A DNA stretch of 64,000 nucleotides, taken from contig JBDRLQ010000004.1 of assembly GCA_043812915.1 (NCBI GenBank), positions 32,001 through 96,000 of the forward strand, written 5' to 3'. This document shows positions 19,224 through 27,474 of the stretch, piece by piece (positions within the stretch are counted from its first letter, which is position 1; each line of letters opens with the position of its first letter). A model generated the notes under the pieces. The model was given only the letters and a program-made list of their open reading frames with translations, was not told the origin of the DNA and did no database searches. Origin of the DNA: Candidatus Micrarchaeota archaeon. GTDB lineage: Archaea; Micrarchaeota; Micrarchaeia; Anstonellales; Bilamarchaeaceae. A program made the translations under genes and the position numbers.

Positions 19224-20552
19224 ATGGAAAAAGAAGAAATTTTCGAAAGGATAGAAAAGGACAAGGTGAGATTCGTGAGCCTACAGTTCACGGACATATT
19301 CGGAATCGTGAAATCGATTACCATCCCGGCAAAGCACCTTGGCGACTCGCTGACGCACGGGACCTGGTTCGATGGCTCCTCGGTCGAGGGCTTTGCCAGG
19401 ATACACGAGAGCGACATGTACCTGAAGCCGGATCAGGATACTTATGCCCTACTGCCATGGCACAATTCCAATGACGGCAACACCGCCCGCTTCATATGCG
19501 ACGTGCACAAGCCGGACGGAGCTCCCTTCGGGGGAGATCCCCGGGCAATCCTCAAGAAGGCGATGGCAGAGGCGAAGGCGATGGGTTTCGAGTACAATGT
19601 CGGGCCCGAGCTGGAATTCTTCCTTTTCAGGAGGGAAAATGGGAAGCTTCTGCCTCTTCCCCATGACAATGGGAATTACTTCGATTTGACAACTGACCAG
19701 GCATATGAAATTAGGAGGGACATGAGCACCGCCCTGGAGCAGTTCGGAATCAATGTGGAGGCGAGCCATCACGAGGTCGCGCTTGGCCAGCATGAGATTG
19801 ACTTCCGATATGCGGACGCGCTTTCCACTGCGGACTCCGGGACTACCATGCGATTCGTGCTGAAAGCGGTTGCGCAGCAGCACGGGCTGCACGCAACGTT
19901 CATGCCCAAGCCCATAACCGGCATAAACGGCTCCGGCATGCATGTCCACCAGAGCCTTTTCAAAGATGGCAAGAACGTGTTTTACGACGGGTCGGACAGG
20001 TACAGGCTCTCAAATACCGCATATAGCTTCATCGCCGGGCAGCTGGCCCACGCCAAAGGGATGTCAGCCATACTCTCGCCAACGGTCAACTCCTACAAGC
20101 GGCTTGTCCCTGGATATGAGGCGCCAGCCTACATAAGCTGGGCGGGCGTTAACCGCTCGGCACTAATCAGGATACCCAGGTATTCCGAAGGCAGAACCAG
20201 TTCCACAAGGTGCGAGCTCCGCTGCCCGGACCCCAGCTGCAACCTCTATCTTGCCTTCGCCGTGATGCTGAAGACCGGCCTTGAAGGGATAAAAAGCGGG
20301 CTCGAGCCTCCTGAGCCGGTGGAGGAGGACCTATACCATTTCGACGACCGGAAGCTGAAGGAGAGGAAGATAGATATGCTGCCATACTCGCTGTGGCAGG
20401 CCCTGTGCGCGCTCAGGGAGGATAAGGTGGTGCAGGAAGCCCTGGGGACCCATACTTATGAGAGATATCTGGCAGCCAAAACGAAGGAATGGGATTCCTA
20501 CCGGCTGCAGGTCACACCCTGGGAAATCGAGAATTACCTGGAGAAGTATTAG
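19224..20552 (+). CDS. glnA: Glutamine synthetase type I
   Basis: FDGSSVEGF, GPELEFF, HHEVALGQHEI, FMPKP, NGSGMHVH, NRSALIRIP, ELRCPDP. Confidence 0.98.
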   Translation: MEKEEIFERIEKDKVRFVSLQFTDIFGIVKSITIPAKHLGDSLTHGTWFDGSSVEGFARIHESDMYLKPDQDTYALLPWHNSNDGNTARFICDVHKPDGAPFGGDPRAILKKAMAEAKAMGFEYNVGPELEFFLFRRENGKLLPLPHDNGNYFDLTTDQAYEIRRDMSTALEQFGINVEASHHEVALGQHEIDFRYADALSTADSGTTMRFVLKAVAQQHGLHATFMPKPITGINGSGMHVHQSLFKDGKNVFYDGSDRYRLSNTAYSFIAGQLAHAKGMSAILSPTVNSYKRLVPGYEAPAYISWAGVNRSALIRIPRYSEGRTSSTRCELRCPDPSCNLYLAFAVMLKTGLEGIKSGLEPPEPVEEDLYHFDDRKLKERKIDMLPYSLWQALCALREDKVVQEALGTHTYERYLAAKTKEWDSYRLQVTPWEIENYLEKY

Positions 20553-21523
20553 GCGACGGAGCGCATCAGGATGTCCACAGACTCGTTGAATCGTTCGGGG
20601 TACGAGAGCATGGGGAAATGTGCGCAGTCGGGGAATTCCTCGTACAAGGCGCCGGGGATGCGCTCTGCGAGCCTTTTTACCGCATCGGCCGAAACGAGCG
20701 GGTCATCGCTTCCTGCAATCAGGTAGGTCGGAACGCTTATCTCCGGGGCCCTTTCCCAGAGCATATCATCCATCAGGAACATCGCCTGCATGGAAACTGC
20801 CATCGCGCTCAGGTTCGCCCTAAGGGCGTTCTTGACCATCTTCAGTGCGTGCGTGGGGTTCTGGGCCTTCTTCATGTACGTCATCAGCAGTGCCTTGTGG
20901 AGCAGCTCCCAGGCAATCCTGCTCTCACCAAGGCTCTCCCGCTTGAATGCGTCCAGCGGCTCCAGCCTTTCCGCGTTCCGGGCCAGGAAATCAATCAGCG
21001 GATGCAGTTTTTGATACTCCCGAAGGAAGCCCAGCTCCAAAGGGTTCCGGTACGCTGGCGCGACGAGCACAAGGCCGGAAACCCTCTCCGGGAACATATG
21101 GTAGAAGCGCATCGCGTTTCCGCCCCACATGGAGTGGCCGCAGATTATTGCTCTAGGGATTTGCTCCCTGTCCATGACGGCCTTTAGGTCAAGTGCCATG
21201 TCATCAAGATATGTTTTCGGAGTGCTCTCCCCAAGTTCGGTCCCCCAGTGCCCCCGGTTCTCCTTGGTGATTACCCCATGCCTTTTCTTGAACTCCTTTA
21301 TCTGCCCCATCCAGGCTGCCGGGTGCGTGGTATATCCCCCCTGCAGAACAAGTGTGCCGCTGTCCTTTGGCCTGTCTTTGAATTCCCATAATGTCGGTCC
21401 CCTGTACCTATAAAAGACCTTGGCGCCGGCCCTTTCAATGAATCTGTTTTTCCTTGAAATCCGCGCTTCCATTTTCGGATGGTCATTCCACCTTGGCCTT
21501 CCATTCTTTCCAAGAATTATCAT
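20549..21523 (-). CDS. Alpha/beta hydrolase
   Basis: NRGHWGT, atypical nucleophile elbow GHSMWGG, GSDDPLV, CAHFPM. Confidence 0.85.
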   Translation of the reverse strand: MIILGKNGRPRWNDHPKMEARISRKNRFIERAGAKVFYRYRGPTLWEFKDRPKDSGTLVLQGGYTTHPAAWMGQIKEFKKRHGVITKENRGHWGTELGESTPKTYLDDMALDLKAVMDREQIPRAIICGHSMWGGNAMRFYHMFPERVSGLVLVAPAYRNPLELGFLREYQKLHPLIDFLARNAERLEPLDAFKRESLGESRIAWELLHKALLMTYMKKAQNPTHALKMVKNALRANLSAMAVSMQAMFLMDDMLWERAPEISVPTYLIAGSDDPLVSADAVKRLAERIPGALYEEFPDCAHFPMLSYPERFNESVDILMRSVA

Positions 21524-21550
21524 CAGAGAATCAGTATTGCGGGAAGGTTT

Positions 21551-21877
21551 TTATTTCCTTAATTCCTCAGGCTCATGCTTCCTCGCATTCCCTTCGGTTA
21601 TGAAATGGGACTTCGATTTGTTCGGGTCCTCGATAACAACCGCGATACCGCCGATTTCTCCCTTCAGCCCAGCAAGGTCCGAACTATCGGCATCGAACAT
21701 CATAAGCGCGGCAACCGCGCTGAGCTCGATTACTTTTCTGGAGGGGCCTCCGTTTCCTGGCTTTGAATGCTTGTCCGGCTCCATCTCTTTGCCGAAGGGC
21801 GCGGTTCCATTCGTGCCACTGTTTCTAGCATTTTTTGAGAAAATGCCTCTCTTCTTTTGAATGGGAGTGTGTGCCAT
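21551..21877 (-). CDS. Hypothetical protein
   Basis: 108-aa ORF with TTTATAAA about 25 nt upstream. Confidence 0.5.
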   Translation of the reverse strand: MAHTPIQKKRGIFSKNARNSGTNGTAPFGKEMEPDKHSKPGNGGPSRKVIELSAVAALMMFDADSSDLAGLKGEIGGIAVVIEDPNKSKSHFITEGNARKHEPEELRK

Positions 21878-22003
21878 ACTGGTATTTCATCAATGAAGAA
21901 TTTATAAAACTAATGTTCTGAATTGCGGGCAGAAATGGCAGAAAAATTCTACCGGCAAAACAGATAAATATGTTCACATCTATCTTTGCGCTGGGTAATT
22001 GTT

Positions 22004-22300
22004 ATGGATATCAAACCATTTTCATTCGCAGCGTTCGGATTGGGGGTCATGACCGGATTCCTCGTTGTCCTGGTCGGGATTCTCGCGATTTTCGTTTTCG
22101 CGATTCTCGGGGCGGTTATGGGAGCAATCGCAGGATGGCTGGTTGATTTGACTCCATTCCTGGGGGAAGCCGTCAAGCACGGATTCAGTTCCGTATTCGG
22201 GGTGTACAACCCGAACCTTGTTGAAATCGGCGCCATGCTAGGATTCATCGGAGGATTCTTCAAGAACTGGGGGCATGGGGACAACAAGTGCATGCAATGA
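22004..22300 (+). CDS. Small Gly-rich membrane protein
   Basis: Two to three hydrophobic helices. Confidence 0.65.
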   Translation: MDIKPFSFAAFGLGVMTGFLVVLVGILAIFVFAILGAVMGAIAGWLVDLTPFLGEAVKHGFSSVFGVYNPNLVEIGAMLGFIGGFFKNWGHGDNKCMQ

Positions 22301-22390
22301 TTCAGTAAACTGGCCCGCGCGGGCCTTTCCTGATTTTTTCCTATTGCGGCAGCTCATGCATTTATTAATCACAGTAACGAATGCGTTTTC

Positions 22391-22768
22391 ATGAAATCCG
22401 CATTCGTTCTTTTCGCAATTGGACTGCTCGTCTTTGCCGGCTGCACCTGGCCAACGCCTCCTGCCGGGCCCGGACCAGAGCCTCAGATGATGTGCGTGCG
22501 CCCCTGTCATATCTCGCTTTCCGATTATGACAATGCGGAATTCCTTCCATCCTGCATCGAAAGTACGGAGCCGATAGCATGCACCGAGGAATACAGGCTC
22601 GGCGACGCCTGCCTTTCACTAATAAGCTGCAAGATTGAGAATGATTCCTGCACAACAACTCTACAGCCGGAATTCACCGAATGCATCTCCTGCTTCAGGG
22701 ACTGCATGGACATTTCAGAGGACCCTGCGGACTTCATGGTCTGCGAGGAGATGTGCAATCTAGAATGA
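22391..22768 (+). CDS. Small Cys-rich lipoprotein
   Basis: Lipobox-like LVFAGC; multiple Cys including eight-cysteine-cluster-like spacing. Confidence 0.7.
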   Translation: MKSAFVLFAIGLLVFAGCTWPTPPAGPGPEPQMMCVRPCHISLSDYDNAEFLPSCIESTEPIACTEEYRLGDACLSLISCKIENDSCTTTLQPEFTECISCFRDCMDISEDPADFMVCEEMCNLE

Positions 22769-22775
22769 GCTCAAG

Positions 22776-22849
22776 CGGGCCTAGAGGGATTTGAACCCTC
22801 GACCTGCGGATTAAAAGTCCGTCGCTCTACCAAGCTGAGCTATAGGCCC
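22776..22849 (-). tRNA. tRNA-Lys(UUU), intronless, CCA not encoded
   Basis: Reverse complement GGGCCTATAGCTCAGCTTGGTAGAGCGACGGACTTTTAATCCGCAGGTCGAGGGTTCAAATCCCTCTAGGCCCG folds as a cloverleaf. Confidence 0.96.
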
Positions 22850-22919
22850 AAAAAACGCTGAGAGAACAGATAACCGATGAAACAATTTAAAATGTCTTCC
22901 CCGTTTATCAAAAGAACAA

Positions 22920-23031
22920 GCCGGGCTGGCAGATCGGCTATGCGGCCGCCTGCAGTTATTCGCTTTTCTGAGACTTTTGGTCTGTGAATGGCATAAAGCG
23001 GCATAGAGGGGTTCAACTCCCTTGCCCGGCT
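22920..23031 (+). tRNA. tRNA-Cys(GCA) with a 41-nt intron at 37/38 (22956-22996)
   Basis: Acceptor stem GCCGGGC/GCCCGGC, U73, anticodon stem GCCGC/GCGGC, T-loop TTCAACT; relaxed bulge-helix-bulge at the junctions. Confidence 0.9.
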
Positions 23032-23092
23032 TATTCTATTCCTCGGCTTTCCTAACATATCTTAATTAACATTTCATTTCTAACATAGGCTA

Positions 23093-23359
23093 ATGGCAGG
23101 TATCAAGAGGCTGGTTCTGGACGTATTGATTCCTATCAATTTTCCGACACCGGATTTGACAAAAAGGATTGCGCTTATCAAAGGCATTGAGGCAGTGGAT
23201 GTCCTCATCCAGGAAGTGGAGAGGAAGGTTGAGACTGCCAAGATTACGATTGAGGGGGAAGATTTAGACTTCGAAAAAATCAGGGAGCTCATTGAATCAA
23301 CTGGCAGTTCCTTACAGAGCATTGACCGTGTGACATGCGGCAAGCGGCTTACCGGGTAG
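23093..23359 (+). CDS. DUF211-family protein
   Basis: IKRLVLDVL...KITIEGEDLDFE...SIDRV pattern; this family is typically paired with a VIT1 gene. Confidence 0.8.
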   Translation: MAGIKRLVLDVLIPINFPTPDLTKRIALIKGIEAVDVLIQEVERKVETAKITIEGEDLDFEKIRELIESTGSSLQSIDRVTCGKRLTG

Positions 23360-23365
23360 TATGTT

Positions 23366-23962
23366 TTGTTAGGGACCTTTATCCAGAAGCAGAGAGAGAA
23401 GTTCAAGTATTACGACTCCATAACCGGGATGAGCGAAATACTTAGAAGATACTTCGTTATGAATGCCTTCGACGGCGCCCTCACCATACTCGGAGTTCTG
23501 CTCGGGAGCTTCATCGCGGATATCGACAATCCGGTTTTTGTGCTCAAGATAGGTATTGCCACTTCTATCGCAGTTGGGATTTCCGGCCTTACTGGCGCCA
23601 TGTTCGCAGAGCGCGCGGAGAGGAAGCGTGAAATCAGGGCGATGGAAGATGCGCTACACCGGAAACTTGACAATACCGAGATGAAGGCCGCCTATGACAC
23701 GGCAAGCACGCTCATAGCCCTTGTCGATGGCATTTCCCCTTTGCTTGCCTCAATGTTCATCCTCCTTCCATTCTTCTTCTTTAGCGTGGCAGACGTGCAT
23801 CTGGCTTATCAGGTATCCATGTGCCTTGCCCTTGTGGTCTTTTTCCTTCTTGGGATGTTCCTAGGGAGGATATCAAAAGAGTCACTGTTCTTTACCGGAA
23901 TAAAGCTGGTGATGGCGGGCCTGGTCTGTATGCTATTCATCTTCCTGCTTGAGGGGCTATGA
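23366..23962 (+). CDS. VIT1/CCC1-family membrane transporter
   Basis: RRYFVMNAFDGALTILG, AERAERKRE, five TM helices. Confidence 0.82.
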   Translation: MLGTFIQKQREKFKYYDSITGMSEILRRYFVMNAFDGALTILGVLLGSFIADIDNPVFVLKIGIATSIAVGISGLTGAMFAERAERKREIRAMEDALHRKLDNTEMKAAYDTASTLIALVDGISPLLASMFILLPFFFFSVADVHLAYQVSMCLALVVFFLLGMFLGRISKESLFFTGIKLVMAGLVCMLFIFLLEGL

Positions 23963-23984
23963 AGAACAATAAAACTTAGGCGTC

Positions 23985-24000
23985 TGTCTAATATTAGACA
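23985..24000. promoter_or_regulatory. Perfect 16-bp palindrome TGTCTAATATTAGACA upstream of a TTTAAA box
   Basis: Self-complementary; about 25 nt upstream of TTTAAA at 24025. Confidence 0.5.
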
Positions 24001-24054
24001 CCCGTCTAACTATTTCTAATAACATTTAAATACTCAGGATGCGTTATATACTCC

Positions 24055-24255
24055 GGGCATCCGGGCTTTCCGGGTGTAGCTGCGTTGGCATTCGGTCGGG
24101 TTAAAACCATCCTGACTGCGGACCTTTCCCCCTGAGGGCTCGTCCCGTAGGTGGCTGACTCGAAGGATATGGAATGTCTTTGCGGTTTTCGGGCTTTAGT
24201 GGGTCGCCCTAAAAAGCGGCTCTACCATGCTCGCATCCGGGCTTTTAGGATGCCC
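24055..24255 (+). ncRNA. Candidate ~200-nt structured non-coding RNA of unknown class
   Basis: GC-rich, no long ORF. GGGCATCC/GGATGCCC closing stem, several internal hairpins, TATA box about 30 nt upstream. Confidence 0.5.
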
Positions 24256-24377
24256 TGCACCTGAGCAGACCCGTTGTAGATAAGCGCAATGCGTTTTGGA
24301 AGATTTTCTCCCTTGCTTTGCGGGGACATTCGGGGTAACCCTTATGCCTGTTGTCTCTTCGGGCTCACAAGGTGCAC

Positions 24378-24452
24378 CTACTTATCTTTGAAAAAGAATA
24401 TTGCCAGGATTATCGTTGCCATAAGCATCTCTGCCGATAGTTGTCCTTTCAT
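24378..24452 (-). pseudogene. Class III signal peptide (pilin-like) mini-ORF or remnant
   Basis: MKGQLSAEMLMATIILAIFFFKDK*, matching the K-G|Q-x-S-x-E-hydrophobic prepilin motif. Confidence 0.5.
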
Positions 24453-24532
24453 GTTCCCCGATAAGAAGTAGTCGTAATGATCTATAACTCCCCCGAACGG
24501 GTTGGATTGAGTTCATTCAAAGCAAGGGAAAA

Positions 24533-25048
24533 TCACCCTGTTTTTGCCTCTCTTAGGGCCTGATTGATCTCTTCCTTGACTATCCTTATACTATCTGAAA
24601 TTGGAGTATGAATGATGCACACATCCTCCCCTTCGTATAGTAGTGATTTGAGTGGGGCCATCACAAGTTCGAAAGTGGAATACATGTTTCCTAGCATGCT
24701 CATTGTATCAGAGCTTATCCCGATATCTTTCTCCAGGTCTTTTCGGAGGGCCCCCAAGGCGATTTTTCCCATCGCGAGAATCGCATGCCCCCTGATTTCT
24801 GAATTCAGGTCATTCAAAACCAGTTTTGTGAGCCCCTCGATAGCGGAAACGTCCTTTCTTCGGCCAAGCTCCATAATAATAACTATGCGATTTTTGACAT
24901 CTTTGTGCCCAAGCTCAGCAATCAGCCGTTCGATATCCCACTTTGTAATCGAGAAATTCTGCGCGCTGCCCTCCATAATTGTCGATCTGCCCATCACCAC
25001 AGCCCGATGTCGGATATCATCTACGCTCAAGGTTTTTCTCTGGCCCAT
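24533..25048 (-). CDS. HEAT-repeat-containing hypothetical protein
   Basis: AIEGLTKLVLNDLNSEIRGHAILAMGKI. Confidence 0.6.
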   Translation of the reverse strand: MGQRKTLSVDDIRHRAVVMGRSTIMEGSAQNFSITKWDIERLIAELGHKDVKNRIVIIMELGRRKDVSAIEGLTKLVLNDLNSEIRGHAILAMGKIALGALRKDLEKDIGISSDTMSMLGNMYSTFELVMAPLKSLLYEGEDVCIIHTPISDSIRIVKEEINQALREAKTG

Positions 25049-25281
25049 AATTATCCACAAAACCATTGTCTGAGACCCTTTAATAACCAATCGCCGACAC
25101 AACTTCTTCTCTATAAAAATGATGGCAATTCAGGTGTGGTAAGCTTGCCATCCGGAAAAAATGCCGTATCCATGAGGCACAATCGCCTGACATTACTATA
25201 TTTAAACCTTCCTCAATCATAACATGTAACTTATGACTAGCAGTTCCTCTTCTAGGGGGGCGAGCCTAAGGTGGCGAGGAT

Positions 25282-25629
25282 ATGGCAAGAGTAAAAGATA
25301 ACCAGCTTCTTGTTTCGCTCATGGATTTGCTGAGCAGAGATAAGAAACCAATCTGGAAAAAAGTTAGGAAAGAACTGGACAGGCCCAGAAGGAATAGGGT
25401 TGAGGTCAACCTCAGCAAGCTTCAGGCCTACGGAGCCGACAATGGCACTGTGCTGGTCCCCGGGAAGGTTCTTGGTGCGGGCGAGATTAGCAAGAAGCTC
25501 ACTGTAGCGGCGTTCTCTTTCTCCGACAGCGCAAAGAAGCTCATTACGGCTGCCGGCGGAAGGATAATCTCAATCGAGGCGCTCCACAAGGCGAATCCGG
25601 AAGGACGGGATGTGAGGATACTCAAATAA
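25282..25629 (+). CDS. rpl18e: 50S ribosomal protein eL18
   Basis: EVNLSKL, VPGKVLGAG, VAAFSFS, NPEG. Confidence 0.96.
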   Translation: MARVKDNQLLVSLMDLLSRDKKPIWKKVRKELDRPRRNRVEVNLSKLQAYGADNGTVLVPGKVLGAGEISKKLTVAAFSFSDSAKKLITAAGGRIISIEALHKANPEGRDVRILK

Positions 25630-25640
25630 AGGTGATGCTC

Positions 25641-26057
25641 ATGATAGTCATTGATTGCAAAAACCTGATTTTCGGAAGAGTCGCAAGCCATGCGGCAAAG
25701 CAGGCCCTCAACGGTGAGGAAGTCCACCTCATAAATGCAGAGCAGATGGTGGTGTGCGGCAATCCTACACAGATTTCTGATAGATACAAACAGAAGAGGA
25801 GGCTGCAGAACAAGGGTACTCCGGAGCACTCGCCCAGATGGCCGAGGGTTCCCCACATGCTCGTCAAGAGGATGGTGAGGGGTATGCTCCCGAGGAAGAC
25901 CATGAGAGGCAGGGAAGCCATGAAGAGGCTGATGGTATATGCCGGAAACCCAAAGAACCTTGAGGGAAACGCGAAGCTTGCGAAGGCTGAGTATGATGGC
26001 GTGACCAAGCACATAACCATTCTGGGGTTGTGCAAGAGCCTTGGATACACAGGTTGA
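25641..26057 (+). CDS. rpl13: 50S ribosomal protein uL13
   Basis: IFGRVAS, INAEQ, RMVRGMLP. Confidence 0.96.
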   Translation: MIVIDCKNLIFGRVASHAAKQALNGEEVHLINAEQMVVCGNPTQISDRYKQKRRLQNKGTPEHSPRWPRVPHMLVKRMVRGMLPRKTMRGREAMKRLMVYAGNPKNLEGNAKLAKAEYDGVTKHITILGLCKSLGYTG

Positions 26058-26704
26058 TGTTTATGACAGAAAAAGAGAAGAAAGCGGAAAAAGAGGCCCC
26101 TGAAGAGAAAACGAAGAAGGCCGCAAAGAAGAAGACTACCAAGGCAGCCAAGAAAAAGGAGACAATCCAAGAGCCGAAGAAGGAAGAGAAATCGGTTCCT
26201 GAGGGGCCTTCCCCCGAGCAACCTAATCCCTTAACTCCCGAGCCCGTGGAGGCGATGCCTGAAAAAAAATCCTCAAAGAAGAAAAAGAGAGCCAAAAAGA
26301 AGGCACCTAAGGTCTTTGTGGTAAGAGGAAAAAGGAAGGAGAGCGTTGCCAGGGCAACAATAAAAGCCGGGAGGGGCATTGTACGGATTAACAGCATATC
26401 CCTTTCTGCAATGAACAACAAGTACGTCCGGGAAATAATACGCGAGCCGCTCAGGTATGTAGGGCCCGAAGTGGACACTGTGGACATTTCCGTAAACGTC
26501 TATGGCGGGGGTCTTATGGGCCAGGCGCAGGCGTCAAGGACTGCCATTGCCAAGGCTCTGGCCATGTACTTCGAGGAGCTCAAGCTTAAAGAGAAATTCA
26601 TCTCCATAGACAGGTCCCTCATGATTGAGGACACGAGACGTGTGGAGAGCAAGAAAGACTGCGGACCGAAGGCAAGAGCCAGATATCAGAAATCGTACCG
26701 GTGA
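26057..26704 (+). CDS. rps9: 30S ribosomal protein uS9 with long N-terminal K/E/P-rich extension
   Basis: GKRKESVARA, GGGLMGQAQA, KARARYQKSYR. Confidence 0.95.
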   Translation: MFMTEKEKKAEKEAPEEKTKKAAKKKTTKAAKKKETIQEPKKEEKSVPEGPSPEQPNPLTPEPVEAMPEKKSSKKKKRAKKKAPKVFVVRGKRKESVARATIKAGRGIVRINSISLSAMNNKYVREIIREPLRYVGPEVDTVDISVNVYGGGLMGQAQASRTAIAKALAMYFEELKLKEKFISIDRSLMIEDTRRVESKKDCGPKARARYQKSYR

Positions 26705-26708
26705 TGTA

Positions 26709-26903
26709 TTGGAATTTCCAGTAAGATGCTTTACGTGCGGAAACGTTATCGGGCAGCTGTATGAGCAGTACAAGGAAATGCTCAATACAACGTCTGCGGA
26801 GGGAGCCCTGGACAGCCTCGGCATCCACCGCTACTGCTGCAGGAAGATGTTCGTCGCCCATGTGGACACCGTGGATACAATCCTGCGGTACCCGAGAGTA
26901 TAG
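26709..26903 (+). CDS. rpoN: RNA polymerase subunit N (Rpo10)
   Basis: FPVRCFTCG...RYCCRKM; TTG start after GGTGA. Confidence 0.95.
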   Translation: MEFPVRCFTCGNVIGQLYEQYKEMLNTTSAEGALDSLGIHRYCCRKMFVAHVDTVDTILRYPRV

Positions 26904-27297
26904 AGGCATTTTTGCCTTTTCTCTTTTTCTTTTACTCCAGTTTTTCTCATTTTTGATTCTCATTAACATCTGGGAATGGCCTCTTTTAATAAGTTGTAGT
27001 TAATATATATTAGTGTTATATTGATTCCTGCATTGTGAAATGCAGGACTGATGTCATGGCAAGACTGAAAATGACATGTTCGCAAACCCCGCGGAAGCAA
27101 ATGTGCGGAAACCTCTTACTAAGGCGGATTCAAACCGCATAGTCAGCCAGGCCCGGGCAGGGGATGTTCATCTCCGGTCCCGCTCGTGGTGCAGAACCTG
27201 TTGATTTTAGTGATATCGCAAGGACGATGTGCCTCTGAAGCGACCGCATAGAGGGTATATAAATCCTTCTACCGATAAAATCTCTTTAGATACCATT

Positions 27298-27444
27298 GGG
27301 GCCGTAAGGTAACCTGGTATCCTGCGTCCTTGGGGTGGACGTTATCTGAGAAAATCTCTCAGCTTTATTGCTGTGGGGTTTCAGGAATTCAATCCTCCGG
27401 TTATCAACGCCTGCGGCCGGACGGAATAAATCTCGGCGGCCCCA
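27298..27444 (+). tRNA. tRNA-Pro(GGG) with two introns (27351-27387 at 53/54; 27393-27429 at 58/59)
   Basis: Acceptor GGGGCCG/CGGCCCC, anticodon arm CGTCC-TTGGGGT-GGACG. Removing both inserts restores CTGAG-TTCAAAT-CTCGG. Both junctions form BHB-type motifs. Lies in the usual archaeal rpoN-tRNA-Pro position. Confidence 0.9.
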
Positions 27445-27474
27445 TTTTTGTTTCAGGCGAAAAGGTGAAAACGA

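Noticed and set aside
24055..24255. Assignment as RNase P RNA, SRP RNA or 5S rRNA
   Set aside because: A GGGGAAAGGTCC on the - strand resembles RNase P CR-I but is misplaced and has no CR-V partner. No SRP helix-8 motif or 5S consensus is present. Kept only as an unknown ncRNA.
27144..27165. GCCAGGCCCGG resembling SRP RNA helix 8
   Set aside because: Lacks the GNRA loop and the downstream AGCA strand.
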